In this document: positions 9,003-18,343 of the stretch, in pieces
Layout: each line of letters begins with the position of its first letter
Position numbering within the stretch: position 1 is the stretch's first letter
Assembly: GCA_004556705.1 (NCBI GenBank)
Contig: SFGA01000002.1
Span: 12,938 to 76,937 of the forward strand
Source: Ruminococcus sp.
GTDB taxonomy: Bacteria > Bacillota > Clostridia > Oscillospirales > Acutalibacteraceae
Reading direction: 5' to 3'
DNA: 64,000 nucleotides
Translations under genes and position numbers: made by a program
Notes under the pieces: model-generated
Told to the model about the DNA's origin: nothing
The model's input: the letters and a program-made list of their open reading frames with translations, nothing else
Database searches by the model: none

Positions 9003-11108
9003 TCAATTAAGCGCCGTATTCTGACTGTCTATCGCATCAATCTCGCTTGCAGTTCCGAAATACGCCTTATAAATATCAGCAACAAGCATCGCTGTTGCAG
9101 AACCGCTGTTCAAATTCTCAATAGCCACGCTTACGGCTATTTGCGGATTATCGGCAGGTGCAAAGGAAATCATAAAGCCGTTAAGTCCCGACTCGATTTT
9201 ACCGCTGACCTTCGCCTTTGACTCCGCAGTACCTGTTTTCGCCGCAACCGAAACAGGCAAGCCCTTAAACGCCGAAAGTCTGCCGCCAAGACGCATCATA
9301 CCGTCCTTTACAATGTTTATACTGCTCTGCGAAATCCCCGTTTCATTGAGAACAACGGGTGTACTGTCTATAATCGTCTGCGAGTAATCCGCAGTTTTCA
9401 CGCTTTTTACAAAATGTGCCTTGTATCTTGTTCCGCCGTTTGCAATCGTCGCAACATAATTACAAAGCTGAATGGGTGTAAACAGGTTATCCGACTGACC
9501 GATAGCCGCCTGAACGGTATCGCCGGGATACCACGTTCCGCCGTGAGCTTCACGGTACTCTATGCTCGCAAGCACACCCTTTGATTCGTTTATTTCGACG
9601 CCCGTTTTCTGTCCGAGTCCGAGCCTTGTGCAATAGTCGTTCATTTTTTCAATTCCGAGCTGTCTGCCCGTCTCATAGAAGAAAATGTTGCACGACTGAT
9701 TTAACGCTTCGGCGACCGTAATCGCCCCGTGTGCGTGAAGGCATTTGAACTGCGTGTCCTGGAAGTAGGTGTAAATTCTGTTACAGGTTATTCTTGTGTC
9801 CTTTGTGATAACTCCCTCTTCAAGTCCTGCAAGCGCAATCGCCGCCTTAAAGGTAGAACCCGGCTCATACGTACTTTGAAGAGCTCTGTTCCAAAGCGGA
9901 GATGACTTGTCCGCAGAAAGTGCGGAATAGTTATCGTAATACGTCGTAAGGTCATAGCTCGGATAAGTAGCGCAAGCAAGCACCGCACCGGTGTTAACGT
10001 CCATCACGACCGCCGAGCCGACCGCAGGCAAACTCGCTTTATCCTTATACTGTGCAATGAAATTCGCAAGAGCCTCCTGCACCGCAAGCTGCAAGTCGGA
10101 GTCGATTGTCAAAATCACGGTATCGCCCTGAACAGGCTCGGTTGTAATCTCGGTTGTCTTGCTTCCGCTTGAATCGGTAATCGTGCTCTCAACACCGTTC
10201 GTGCCTCGTAAATACTGCTCCATTGCGCTTTCGAGTCCGAACTTACCGATGGTGTCGTCCATTGCATAAGCACGAAGCTTCAGATTTTTCTTTTCCTCGG
10301 TGGTAAGATTTTCATTCTTGACCGCCGTATTATATTCTTCCGTCCTCTTGTTGTATTCCTCTGCATTAAGCGGTCCTATTGTGCCGATTATATGCGGAGC
10401 AAGTGTGCCGTTTAGATATTCTCTTTCGGTAGTTACCTGAATTTCAACCCCTGCATAGAAGCCGCTGTTTTCTTTAATCTTCGAAGCGAGCTCAACCGAA
10501 ACATTGTCTGCAAAGGTGTACGGATTGGAGGTGGCAAACGCATTCTTTTTAAGCGAATAGCAAACAGATGCGACTTTCAATGCGTCGGAGTCCGAATACT
10601 GTTCAAGCTTGAACTTGGTTTTCAACTCGTCGAAGCAGTTTTGCGCCGTCGCATACTCGTTAAGATAAAGCACGTTTTTGGACTTTAGATATTTTATATC
10701 TGCATCCCTGTCAGCCATAAATTGCACGTTTCCGTTTTGGTCGAAATAAAGCGGAATGTCATTATTCCACTCCGTGCCGTAGCTTTCAAGCAAGTGTATG
10801 AGCGAAATTATAATCTCGTTCCTCTGCTCCTGCTCGTCCGTTCTCGGAAAGTAAGAACCGTTGAAGATAACGGAGTTTATTTGCTTGTTTGTAACAAGCG
10901 GCTTTCCGTTGCAGTCGAGAATTTCTCCCCTTGCCGCCTTTATGGTTGTATCAGTCTGCTTGAGCGCAACCCTCTCAACCGTCGTCGCTTCGTCGGCGTT
11001 CGCAATCTGTATTCTGAAAAGGTCGGCAATAAATAATGAGAAAACAAAAAGCACCGCTACGGTAAACGCAACAGTCCGAAATTTAGTGCTTTTGGTTTTA
11101 TCGTTCAT
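9003..11108 (-). CDS. mrdA: Penicillin-binding protein 2 (elongasome transpeptidase)
   Basis: N-terminal TM segment and PBP dimerisation domain. Transpeptidase motifs STFK (EPGSTFKAAIA), SCN (NQSCNIFF) and KTGT (AAKTGTAE). Position is directly after mreBCD. RBS is AAAGGAGAG. Confidence 0.9.
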   Translation of the reverse strand: MNDKTKSTKFRTVAFTVAVLFVFSLFIADLFRIQIANADEATTVERVALKQTDTTIKAARGEILDCNGKPLVTNKQINSVIFNGSYFPRTDEQEQRNEIIISLIHLLESYGTEWNNDIPLYFDQNGNVQFMADRDADIKYLKSKNVLYLNEYATAQNCFDELKTKFKLEQYSDSDALKVASVCYSLKKNAFATSNPYTFADNVSVELASKIKENSGFYAGVEIQVTTEREYLNGTLAPHIIGTIGPLNAEEYNKRTEEYNTAVKNENLTTEEKKNLKLRAYAMDDTIGKFGLESAMEQYLRGTNGVESTITDSSGSKTTEITTEPVQGDTVILTIDSDLQLAVQEALANFIAQYKDKASLPAVGSAVVMDVNTGAVLACATYPSYDLTTYYDNYSALSADKSSPLWNRALQSTYEPGSTFKAAIALAGLEEGVITKDTRITCNRIYTYFQDTQFKCLHAHGAITVAEALNQSCNIFFYETGRQLGIEKMNDYCTRLGLGQKTGVEINESKGVLASIEYREAHGGTWYPGDTVQAAIGQSDNLFTPIQLCNYVATIANGGTRYKAHFVKSVKTADYSQTIIDSTPVVLNETGISQSSINIVKDGMMRLGGRLSAFKGLPVSVAAKTGTAESKAKVSGKIESGLNGFMISFAPADNPQIAVSVAIENLNSGSATAMLVADIYKAYFGTASEIDAIDSQNTALN

Positions 11109-11129
11109 TTACAGCTCTCCTTTCACATA

Positions 11130-11654
11130 TCAAAATTCGTGCACAGTCTTTGTGAGCCTCATAAGATACCTGACCATCACATAATATATCGGCGTAAACA
11201 AAACGGTGTAAATCGCCGACGGCAAATAAAATCTCAAAAACAGCCAGACGGAGGAGTCCATACCCTGCGCCGTAACAAAAAACAGCACATAAAACACCGT
11301 ATAAAGCAAGGTCGCCGAGCCCGAGAGAATCAGCGCCGTCAAAAGATGGTTTCTCATAAGAATATTTATGAGCAAGCCGCATCCGCCGCCGATTATCATA
11401 AGAAACAATGCGTTATATCCGTCTGCAAGACCGAATACGCTATCCCACAACGCTCCTGCAAGAGCTCCGAGCAGCGCACCGACCACCTCACGCTCAAACA
11501 TTCCGAGACACACAATAAGCGGTATGAGCAAAAATGCCCTTGCGGAGAAGATTTCCGGAAACCATCCCCTTGTGTTCTGCAAAATGTTAGTAATCAATAT
11601 TAAAATAACAAAAACAGTTCTTCTGAATATTATCAGCTTTGTATTATTACGCAT
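11130..11654 (-). CDS. mreD: Rod shape-determining protein MreD
   Basis: Polytopic hydrophobic ~170-aa protein directly after mreC. ATG 11654 follows GAGGGTAAGGG and overlaps the mreC end by 8 nt. Confidence 0.8.
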   Translation of the reverse strand: MRNNTKLIIFRRTVFVILILITNILQNTRGWFPEIFSARAFLLIPLIVCLGMFEREVVGALLGALAGALWDSVFGLADGYNALFLMIIGGGCGLLINILMRNHLLTALILSGSATLLYTVFYVLFFVTAQGMDSSVWLFLRFYLPSAIYTVLFTPIYYVMVRYLMRLTKTVHEF

Positions 11655-12501
11655 TGCCCTTACCCTCAAAGTCAGTAATTACAAATGCGTCCTGAACCTC
11701 GCCCAAATCAATCTGCGGAGTGACCTCTGCATAGTAGGAGACGTCGCCCTCCTCCTGTTTCACAGACTTGACCGTGCCGATAATAAGCCCTCTCGGGAAT
11801 ATTCCGCCGACACCCGAGGTGCAGACAATTCCGCCCTCGGCTATTGCGGTATCCTTTGTAAGTCCTGCAAATTTAACGGTTGCGGTAAGGCTCATTTTAA
11901 CCGTCGTGTCGGTATAGCCTATTTCGCCCGTTCTTATCTCATACGCTGCGGCATTGACTTTCGGATCGTAAACAGAAAGCACTATACAGGTTGTCGGAGT
12001 AACCTCGCTGACAATTCCGATAAGATATTCTCCGCTTATAACGGGATCATTTACGCTTACGCCGTCGTTGCTTCCGCAGTTGAGCTCAAATGAATCGAAG
12101 GCATCAGCCGAATTTCTGCCGATAACCGTTCCTGCGGTAAATTTGAAATCGGGATTTTTTTCCTTAACGCCGAGGAAATTTTCATAAGCCTCGATTTGCT
12201 TTTTCATTTTTTCGTAATCAACAAGCTTTTTCTGATAATCCGCAACCTGCTCTTCGAGCTCCGCAACCCTGTCCATATACGAAGCCGACGAAACAAATCC
12301 GCCTTTTACAAAATCAAGTTTTTCCGAAATGGCCGTCGAAAGGCGATACAGCGGAGAAAATACGGTGCTGATAACGGAAGTCAACGGAGAAGCCGCATTG
12401 CCGGAGGATACACCTGCGATAATTCCCGCAAGAAGTATAACCACAAGCAAAAGCAACACTCTGAACGTATTGCTTCTGACAAAATTCTTCAACTGTATCA
12501 C
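11647..12501 (-). CDS. mreC: Rod shape-determining protein MreC
   Basis: N-terminal TM, coiled coil (ELEEQVADYQKKLVDYEKMKKQIE), and a C-terminal beta domain ending GGIFPRGLIIGTV. GTG start. Confidence 0.88.
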   Translation of the reverse strand: MIQLKNFVRSNTFRVLLLLVVILLAGIIAGVSSGNAASPLTSVISTVFSPLYRLSTAISEKLDFVKGGFVSSASYMDRVAELEEQVADYQKKLVDYEKMKKQIEAYENFLGVKEKNPDFKFTAGTVIGRNSADAFDSFELNCGSNDGVSVNDPVISGEYLIGIVSEVTPTTCIVLSVYDPKVNAAAYEIRTGEIGYTDTTVKMSLTATVKFAGLTKDTAIAEGGIVCTSGVGGIFPRGLIIGTVKSVKQEEGDVSYYAEVTPQIDLGEVQDAFVITDFEGKGNA

Positions 12502-12559
12502 CTACCGTTCGTACAAAAGTGCAACAAGGCGGGCATAACACCCGCCGTGAAAATAATTA

Positions 12560-13570
12560 TCAATCGTAATATCCCTTTTCCATAAACTTGGGATTTTCCA
12601 AGCACATACCCGTTCCGTCAACAACGCAGTCAAGCGGATTTTCGGCAATGTGAACAGGGATTTTCGTTTCAATCGAAATAAGCTTATCAAGACCTCTGAG
12701 CAATGCGCCGCCGCCTGTGAGCATTATACCTCTGTCGATAATATCCGCCGAAAGCTCGGGAGGAGTTTTCTCAAGAGTCGAGTGAATTGTATCAAGTATC
12801 TGATTTACCGGATCGGAAAGAGCCTCTCTGACCTCTTCGGATGTGATTTCAATGTTCTTGGGAAGTCCGTCAAGCAGGTTTCTGCCCTTAACGTCCATTG
12901 CGCCCTCGCCGTCATAGGGATAAGCCGAGCCGATTTTAATCTTAATGTCCTCTGCCGTTCTTTCGCCGATAAGAAGATTGTGCTTCTTTCTGATGTAAGC
13001 GATAATAGCCTCGTCGAAATTGTCGCCCGCAACTCTTGCCGACTGCGCCGTAACAATATCGCCGTAAGAAATAACGGCAACCTCAGACGTACCGCCGCCG
13101 ATGTCAACAACCATGCTTCCGACCGCATCCGAAACAGGGAGACCTGCGCCGATTGCCGCCGCCATAGGCTCGTCGATAAGGTTTACAAGCTTTGCGCCTG
13201 CCGAACGAGCTGCGTCATGAACAGCTTTTCTCTCAACCTCTGTAACGCCCGACGGGATACAAATGAGCACTCTCGCCCTTGAAAACGGAGATGAGCTTAT
13301 CGCCATCTTTATAAATTCCTTAAGCATATCCGAGGTTATATCAAAGTCTGCGATAACGCCGTCCTTAAGAGGTCTTACCGCTGTGATTGAACCAGGAGTT
13401 CTGCCTATCATCTGCTTTGCCTTGTCGCCGACAGCCTCAACCTTCTGCGGATAAGCGCTGACGTTTACGGCAACAACCGAAGGCTCTCTTATTACAATTC
13501 CTTTGCCCTTAACGTATACCAATGTGTTGGCTGTGCCGAGATCGATTCCGATATCCTGTGAAAACAACAT
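12560..13570 (-). CDS. mreB: Rod shape-determining actin homolog MreB
   Basis: [42 protein letters not shown] and [16 protein letters not shown]. Confidence 0.97.
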   Translation of the reverse strand: MLFSQDIGIDLGTANTLVYVKGKGIVIREPSVVAVNVSAYPQKVEAVGDKAKQMIGRTPGSITAVRPLKDGVIADFDITSDMLKEFIKMAISSSPFSRARVLICIPSGVTEVERKAVHDAARSAGAKLVNLIDEPMAAAIGAGLPVSDAVGSMVVDIGGGTSEVAVISYGDIVTAQSARVAGDNFDEAIIAYIRKKHNLLIGERTAEDIKIKIGSAYPYDGEGAMDVKGRNLLDGLPKNIEITSEEVREALSDPVNQILDTIHSTLEKTPPELSADIIDRGIMLTGGGALLRGLDKLISIETKIPVHIAENPLDCVVDGTGMCLENPKFMEKGYYD

Positions 13571-13694
13571 ATCTTTCTACTTCCTTTCATTTTCTTCAAT
13601 CTGTATTACACCCATTTTATCAATTAACATTATAACCGCAAAATGTAAAATTCTCAACCTTTATAACGCAAAAACTTATTAAAATTTTGTGAAT

Positions 13695-14516
13695 TTATAT
13701 GTTTTTGAACCTTTCGGAGCTCCTGCGCCAATGAAAAAGGTACTGTTGAGCAATTCCCTCGTAATTTTTCATACATTCGGGAAGTCCGTCAGGATACATT
13801 TCCTCGGTAATTCTCTTGACCCAAACGTCAACAGGGAACGCATCTAACTTTCCGAAGCCGTACAAAAGCGTGCACTCCGCAACCTTTTTGCCGACGCCTT
13901 TGATTTTAATAAGCTCATCTCGTCCGAATTGTATGGGCTGACTGTCTATCTTTGCAAAATCCACTTCCCCCTTGCTGACCTTTTGAGCAGCGTCAAGAAT
14001 GTATTTTGCACGAAAACCGGCACGAAGCGGAGACAAATCCTCGACTGTGAGCGTGCTTAATCGCTCCGCACTCGGAAAAGAATAAGCGTTTTCTTCTATC
14101 CTTTCGCCGAAGCTCTCGCAAAGTCGGGAAATTATGCCCTTAATTCTCGGAATGTTGTTATTTTGCGAAATTATAAAAGAGCAAAGCGTCTCCCACGGCT
14201 CCTGTCTTAAAATTCTGATGCCTGCGTATTCCTCACAAGCCATTTTTAAGTTCCCATCCGTTTTGAAATTATCCGTTATCGTCTTATAGTCCCTGTCAAA
14301 GTCAAGGTATCTGCGGAGCGTTTTGTTGAAATCCGCTTCGGTGCAGCTGCAATACAGAATATCGCCGTCCTGCTTTAATGTGTATTGCTTTCCCGACACC
14401 ACGCCACGCATATTTCCGTTTTCGTCCTTTTCCCATCGGAACGCCTGACCGCAGTCGAGCATCAAATCCAAATTAAACATTTCCGGCGTCTTAATCTCAA
14501 ACTGAAAGCCGTCCAT
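13695..14516 (-). CDS. ogg: 8-oxoguanine DNA glycosylase / HhH-GPD family (Ogg type)
   Basis: N-terminal LDCGQAFRW and an HhH-GPD core IKGVGKKVAECTLLYGFGKLDAFPVDVWVKR. The start is set at ATG 14516 after GGGAG. The track extension to 14549 was rejected. Confidence 0.8.
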   Translation of the reverse strand: MDGFQFEIKTPEMFNLDLMLDCGQAFRWEKDENGNMRGVVSGKQYTLKQDGDILYCSCTEADFNKTLRRYLDFDRDYKTITDNFKTDGNLKMACEEYAGIRILRQEPWETLCSFIISQNNNIPRIKGIISRLCESFGERIEENAYSFPSAERLSTLTVEDLSPLRAGFRAKYILDAAQKVSKGEVDFAKIDSQPIQFGRDELIKIKGVGKKVAECTLLYGFGKLDAFPVDVWVKRITEEMYPDGLPECMKNYEGIAQQYLFHWRRSSERFKNI

Positions 14517-14753
14517 ATCATCACTCCCAAAAAAATACACAAAAATCACAGAAAATTATATTAAAAACCCACAATGTGAATTTGCACAAAAAGTTTTGCG
14601 GGGCTTACTCAAAAAATAACTACCAAACGTAATATTTCGTAAAGCTATAATAACTTACAGTATTTACATGTGAATATCGAAAAGTTATAAACATTTGGCG
14701 AAAAGTGCGGCAAAAACTGAGTTTTACACCGTTTTCACGTCTACTTATCAACA

Positions 14754-14783
14754 TTTTGAACGGTGTTTTGAACATTTTTGAAC
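14754..14783 (+). repeat. Three phased direct TTTTGAAC repeats in a 414-bp AT-rich spacer
   Basis: TTTTGAAC at 14754, 14766 and 14776 (spacing 12 and 10 nt). The same 8-mer occurs twice in the dnaA-dnaN spacer (33456, 33471). Confidence 0.5.
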
Positions 14784-14930
14784 AAAACAAAAATATACAA
14801 TATGTAATATTTTCCGTGAAAATAATTTTGTATAAAATCCCATATTGACATAAATTCGGCTGCAAACTCACGTATATTTCAGCCAAAATATACCATACTA
14901 AAATCAACAAATCGAAAAGGACACGGCAAC

Positions 14931-15191
14931 ATGATTAAAGGTGTAAACAGACAGGTTCTTGAAGTCCACGAAACAGGTACAAAATACTTTGAAAAAGCAT
15001 TGTTTTTTGTAAAGCCGGAGTATTCCACGCTCGGCGAAAGACGACTTAACGAAAAAGCCTTGCAAGCTCTTTCGGGCAATGATAAAGTTCCCGTTACTCG
15101 CCATGCAAAGATAAAAAACCTTGTGTTGAAGATTGTTTGTCTGCTTCTGTCCGCAATGACCGGCGCAGGAGTAACCTTGCTTTTAAGATAA
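14931..15191 (+). CDS. Small C-terminally membrane-anchored protein, function unknown
   Basis: 86 aa. AAAAGGA RBS sits 8 nt before the ATG. The soluble N-terminal part reads MIKGVNRQVLEVHETGTKYFEKALFFVKPEY, and a single C-terminal TM reads LVLKIVCLLLSAMTGAGVTLLL. I have seen similar small proteins in Clostridia but cannot name the family. Confidence 0.6.
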   Translation: MIKGVNRQVLEVHETGTKYFEKALFFVKPEYSTLGERRLNEKALQALSGNDKVPVTRHAKIKNLVLKIVCLLLSAMTGAGVTLLLR

Positions 15192-17063
15192 TTCAGTCCT
15201 TTTTAGAACAACCGCAGACGTGCCGTCAATGAACACGGACTCTCCGCAATTATACCCGCTGAAAAGCCGTTCGCTGTTGTGCCAGCTCTGCGGTAAATTA
15301 TAGGTAATGCCGTTTTCATTCCTGTTTGCTATAATGAGCAAACTTTCTTTTTTGCCTCTTCGCTCAAAAGCAACGCAGCCGAGAGCCGCCGACACGGGGT
15401 TAAACTCTCCGTCCTTTAAGCACTCGTTTTCTTTTCTCAATTTTCCGAGACGTACATAATGAGCGTGCAGCTCACACTTCGTATTATCCCACTCAAAGTA
15501 AGCTCTGTTGAACGGGTCCTTATAGCCTTGCATTGAAATCTCGTCGCCGTAGTAAATGCTCGGTACGCCCGGAAGCATAAACTGAAGCACAGAAGCCATT
15601 TTCATAAGGCGTATGCCCTTTTCCTTCTGCTCGGGCGACAAAAAATGCTCGCTCTGCCATTGTCTGTCCCTGTACTCGCAGCTTTCCCCGACAATACGGG
15701 TTATAGCTCGCTCGGTGTCATGAGTGCCTATGTGGTTCATCATAACATCAAGCGCCTGCTTAGGATAATTGCCGATTATCGACATCACACTTTTCATAAA
15801 ATCCTCGGCAACGCCGTATCTTGCAAAATCAAGCACAGCGTTGGCAAAGGGATAGTTCATAACGCTGTCAAACTGCTCTCCGAGCAAAAACTTTCGTCTT
15901 TGACCGTAGGAAAATTTATTTGTGGCATCCTCCCAAACCTCGCCGAGCAAAAGAGCCTCGGGCTTCGCTTTTTTAACCGCAAGCCTTACCTTGTCAAGAA
16001 AGACATCAGGCAATTCGTCGGCAACGTCAAGCCGCCAACCGTCTGCACCTAATTTGAGCCATTTTGCGATAATTCCGTTTTCGCCTGTGATGAATTCAAG
16101 GTAATCCTCGCACTCCTCCGTAACCTCGGGAAGCGTGTCAAAGCCCCACCAAGAAGCGTACTTATCGGGATAGTGTTCGAATTTATACCACTTGAAATAC
16201 GGCGAGTGTTTTGAGTTATATGCCCCGCCGTCTCCGTAACGATGCTGTTTGTTAAAATAAACGCTGTCGTCGCCCGTATGTGAAAAAACGCCGTCAAGTA
16301 TAATTTTTATATCCTTTTTATGCGCCGCCTCGCAGAGCGAAGCAAAATCCTTTTCCGTGCCGAGCAACGGGTCGATTTTTGTATAATCGGCTGTGTTGTA
16401 GCGATGATTCGAATGTGCCTCAAATATGGGGTTGAGATAAATACAGGTAACGCCGAGCTCCGAAAGATACGGTAGTTTTTCTTCAATTCCCTTGAGGTCG
16501 CCGCCGAAATAATCGTTATTTAGCACCTTGCCGTTTTTGTTCGGTCGCCAATATGGTTGATTTTCAGTATCAGCTCTCAAAATTCTGTCGGACGGTATAT
16601 TTTTCTTTTTTTCGCCCGAGTTATAGAAGCGGTCGGGAAAAATTTGATAAATAATTCCGCCCTTTAGCCAATCGGGAGTTTTGAAGTCCGAGCTGCAAAC
16701 GGTCAGCTGCCAATCGGAGGTCTCTGCCGTAAGCGACGAAAACACGCCTGTGAAATCCGACGATTTGCAAAGCTTGGTTTCTCCCCACGGAGAGGAAATG
16801 TCAAAATGATACCAATAAAGTCCTGCGGTGTAAATTTGAGCTTCTATGTCCCAAACCTCGTGCGAGTCGCCGTACACTCCTGCCCAATACATACCCTTTG
16901 ACTCGTAATTCTCCTGTGAGTCGCCTCTTAAAGAAAAGCGTGCGGAATTTGCGCCGAACGAGCGTGGAACGATAATCCTGAATTTCACGGTTTCGCCCGT
17001 CTCGACTGCGCCTTTTTTACTTTTATAATATTTATCTTCCGAATTAAAAACTGTTATTCCCAT
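15183..17063 (-). CDS. GH13 alpha-glycosidase (neopullulanase/cyclomaltodextrinase-like), cytoplasmic
   Basis: GH13 conserved regions are DGVFSHTG, GADGWRLDVADELP, LLGEVWED and NHIGTHDTERA. Also IYQIFPDRF and an N-terminal beta domain. No signal peptide. ATG 17063 follows AGGTG, and the GTG at 17069 is less likely. Confidence 0.88.
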   Translation of the reverse strand: MGITVFNSEDKYYKSKKGAVETGETVKFRIIVPRSFGANSARFSLRGDSQENYESKGMYWAGVYGDSHEVWDIEAQIYTAGLYWYHFDISSPWGETKLCKSSDFTGVFSSLTAETSDWQLTVCSSDFKTPDWLKGGIIYQIFPDRFYNSGEKKKNIPSDRILRADTENQPYWRPNKNGKVLNNDYFGGDLKGIEEKLPYLSELGVTCIYLNPIFEAHSNHRYNTADYTKIDPLLGTEKDFASLCEAAHKKDIKIILDGVFSHTGDDSVYFNKQHRYGDGGAYNSKHSPYFKWYKFEHYPDKYASWWGFDTLPEVTEECEDYLEFITGENGIIAKWLKLGADGWRLDVADELPDVFLDKVRLAVKKAKPEALLLGEVWEDATNKFSYGQRRKFLLGEQFDSVMNYPFANAVLDFARYGVAEDFMKSVMSIIGNYPKQALDVMMNHIGTHDTERAITRIVGESCEYRDRQWQSEHFLSPEQKEKGIRLMKMASVLQFMLPGVPSIYYGDEISMQGYKDPFNRAYFEWDNTKCELHAHYVRLGKLRKENECLKDGEFNPVSAALGCVAFERRGKKESLLIIANRNENGITYNLPQSWHNSERLFSGYNCGESVFIDGTSAVVLKRTELS

Positions 17064-17248
17064 CTGCACTGCACCTATCCGACGTGTCCTATTTTTAATA
17101 ACATTCCTATAAATTATATCACATACGTTTAGATAAATAAACCGAATTAAAATATTTTCAGCAGAAGAAAGCTTCCAAAAAAGCCTTATTTTGCATAAAA
17201 ACCGCTTGAAATTGCAATCAATCAGGCAAAATTGTCTTAAAACAGCAC

Positions 17249-17277
17249 TTGATGTTCATACGAACCTGTGTTATTAT
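17249..17277 (+). promoter_or_regulatory. Sigma-A-type promoter with extended -10
   Basis: TTGATG (17249-17254), a 17-nt spacer ending in TGT, then TATTAT (17272-17277). It lies upstream of the DUF1836-like/ybjQ pair. Confidence 0.55.
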
Positions 17278-17301
17278 CATATTACAACAGCAAAAGGATT
17301 G

Positions 17302-17871
17302 ATGAATATGTTAAAGAACATCCCCGGAACAGTCCTTGAATGGAACGACGCTTTAAGTCAAAACGCCTTTGCGGTTTTATCGCCTGTTCTTTCGGTTACT
17401 AAAGGACTGACGCTATCGCAATTAAAGGAATTGACGGGACTTGAGGGCTCTACAATTCAAAATTGGGTAAAGCGTGGCTGGGTTGAACGTCCGAGCGGAA
17501 AGCGTTACGGCGAACAGCAAATAGTCAGAATTATACTTATAAATATGCTCAGAAGCTCTATGCAGCTTGAAAAAATAATCGCTCTTATGCGCTACATAAA
17601 CGGCGAGGTTGATGACAGAAGCGACGATATCATCCCCGATCGCAGACTTTTCAGCGTGATATGCTCGGTAATTTCGCAGGTTGACAAAAAGCAGACCGTC
17701 GACAAAGCAATCATAAAGGAAATTATCGAAAATGAATTGACGGACTATGTCGGTCCGAATGAGGACTCAAAGCAAAAGCTTGAGAGTGCGGTATTTTGTA
17801 TGGTGCTCGGCTTTTTCTCGGCGGAAATCAAAAAAGAGGCAGAAGCAGAATTTTCAAAGCTTTTTGAATAA
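17302..17871 (+). CDS. DUF1836-like protein with MerR-type HTH
   Basis: [57 protein letters not shown] resembles the HTH core of DUF1836 proteins. The start is set at ATG 17302 (or 17308) after AAAGGA. The track start at 17191 lies inside the promoter. Confidence 0.6.
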   Translation: MNMLKNIPGTVLEWNDALSQNAFAVLSPVLSVTKGLTLSQLKELTGLEGSTIQNWVKRGWVERPSGKRYGEQQIVRIILINMLRSSMQLEKIIALMRYINGEVDDRSDDIIPDRRLFSVICSVISQVDKKQTVDKAIIKEIIENELTDYVGPNEDSKQKLESAVFCMVLGFFSAEIKKEAEAEFSKLFE

Positions 17872-17882
17872 GGAGGATTTTT

Positions 17883-18209
17883 ATGATCATCACAACCACG
17901 CCGTCTGTTGACGGAAGAAAAATCGAAAAATATCTCGGCGTTGTATGCGGAGAGGTAATCTCGGGCGTAAACTTCGTAAAGGATTTTGCGGCAGGGCTTA
18001 CTAACTTCTTCGGCGGTCGTTCGGGCTCATACGAGAACGAGCTTATCGACGCAAGAGAGCAGGCACTTCATGAGCTTGAGCAGCGTGCTTTAATGATGGG
18101 CGCAAATGCGGTTGTCGGCGTTGATATTGACTATGAAGTGCTCGGACAGGGCGGAAATATGCTTATGGCATCCGTCAGCGGAACAGCCGTAATACTCGAA
18201 AAGCAATAA
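17883..18209 (+). CDS. ybjQ: YbjQ/UPF0145 family protein
   Basis: 108 aa: IITTT...G.KI.KYLGVV.GE.....NFVKDF.AGL.N.FGGRS..YE.EL..AR..AL.EL...A...[13 protein letters not shown]. Confidence 0.88.
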   Translation: MIITTTPSVDGRKIEKYLGVVCGEVISGVNFVKDFAAGLTNFFGGRSGSYENELIDAREQALHELEQRALMMGANAVVGVDIDYEVLGQGGNMLMASVSGTAVILEKQ

Positions 18210-18225
18210 GCTTTGTATTAAGACT

Positions 18226-18259
18226 AAGGCACTGTAGAAATACGGTGCTTTTTCTTTTT
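18226..18259 (+). terminator. Rho-independent terminator
   Basis: Stem AAGGCACTGTA / TACGGTGCTTT (one G-U pair), loop GAAA, followed by a T-run. Confidence 0.75.
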
Positions 18260-18343
18260 GCTTTGACCGCCATATTGAAATATTTCTCCTAATGCTCTAT
18301 AATTATCAGCAAGATAAACTTTTCGCAGAAAGAGATTGATAAA

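Noticed and set aside
14620-14910. 96-aa minus-strand ORF in the AT-rich ogg / small-protein spacer
   Set aside because: The translation is AT-rich low-complexity (Ile/Phe/Tyr/Lys), it has no Shine-Dalgarno, and it overlaps the repeat and promoter region. I treat it as non-coding.
17207-17220. cre/LacI-operator-like TGAAATTGCAATCA upstream of the GH13 gene
   Set aside because: It mismatches the cre consensus at both central positions (the C-G core), lies about 145 nt from the GH13 start, and is only partly palindromic. That is insufficient to call a CcpA site.
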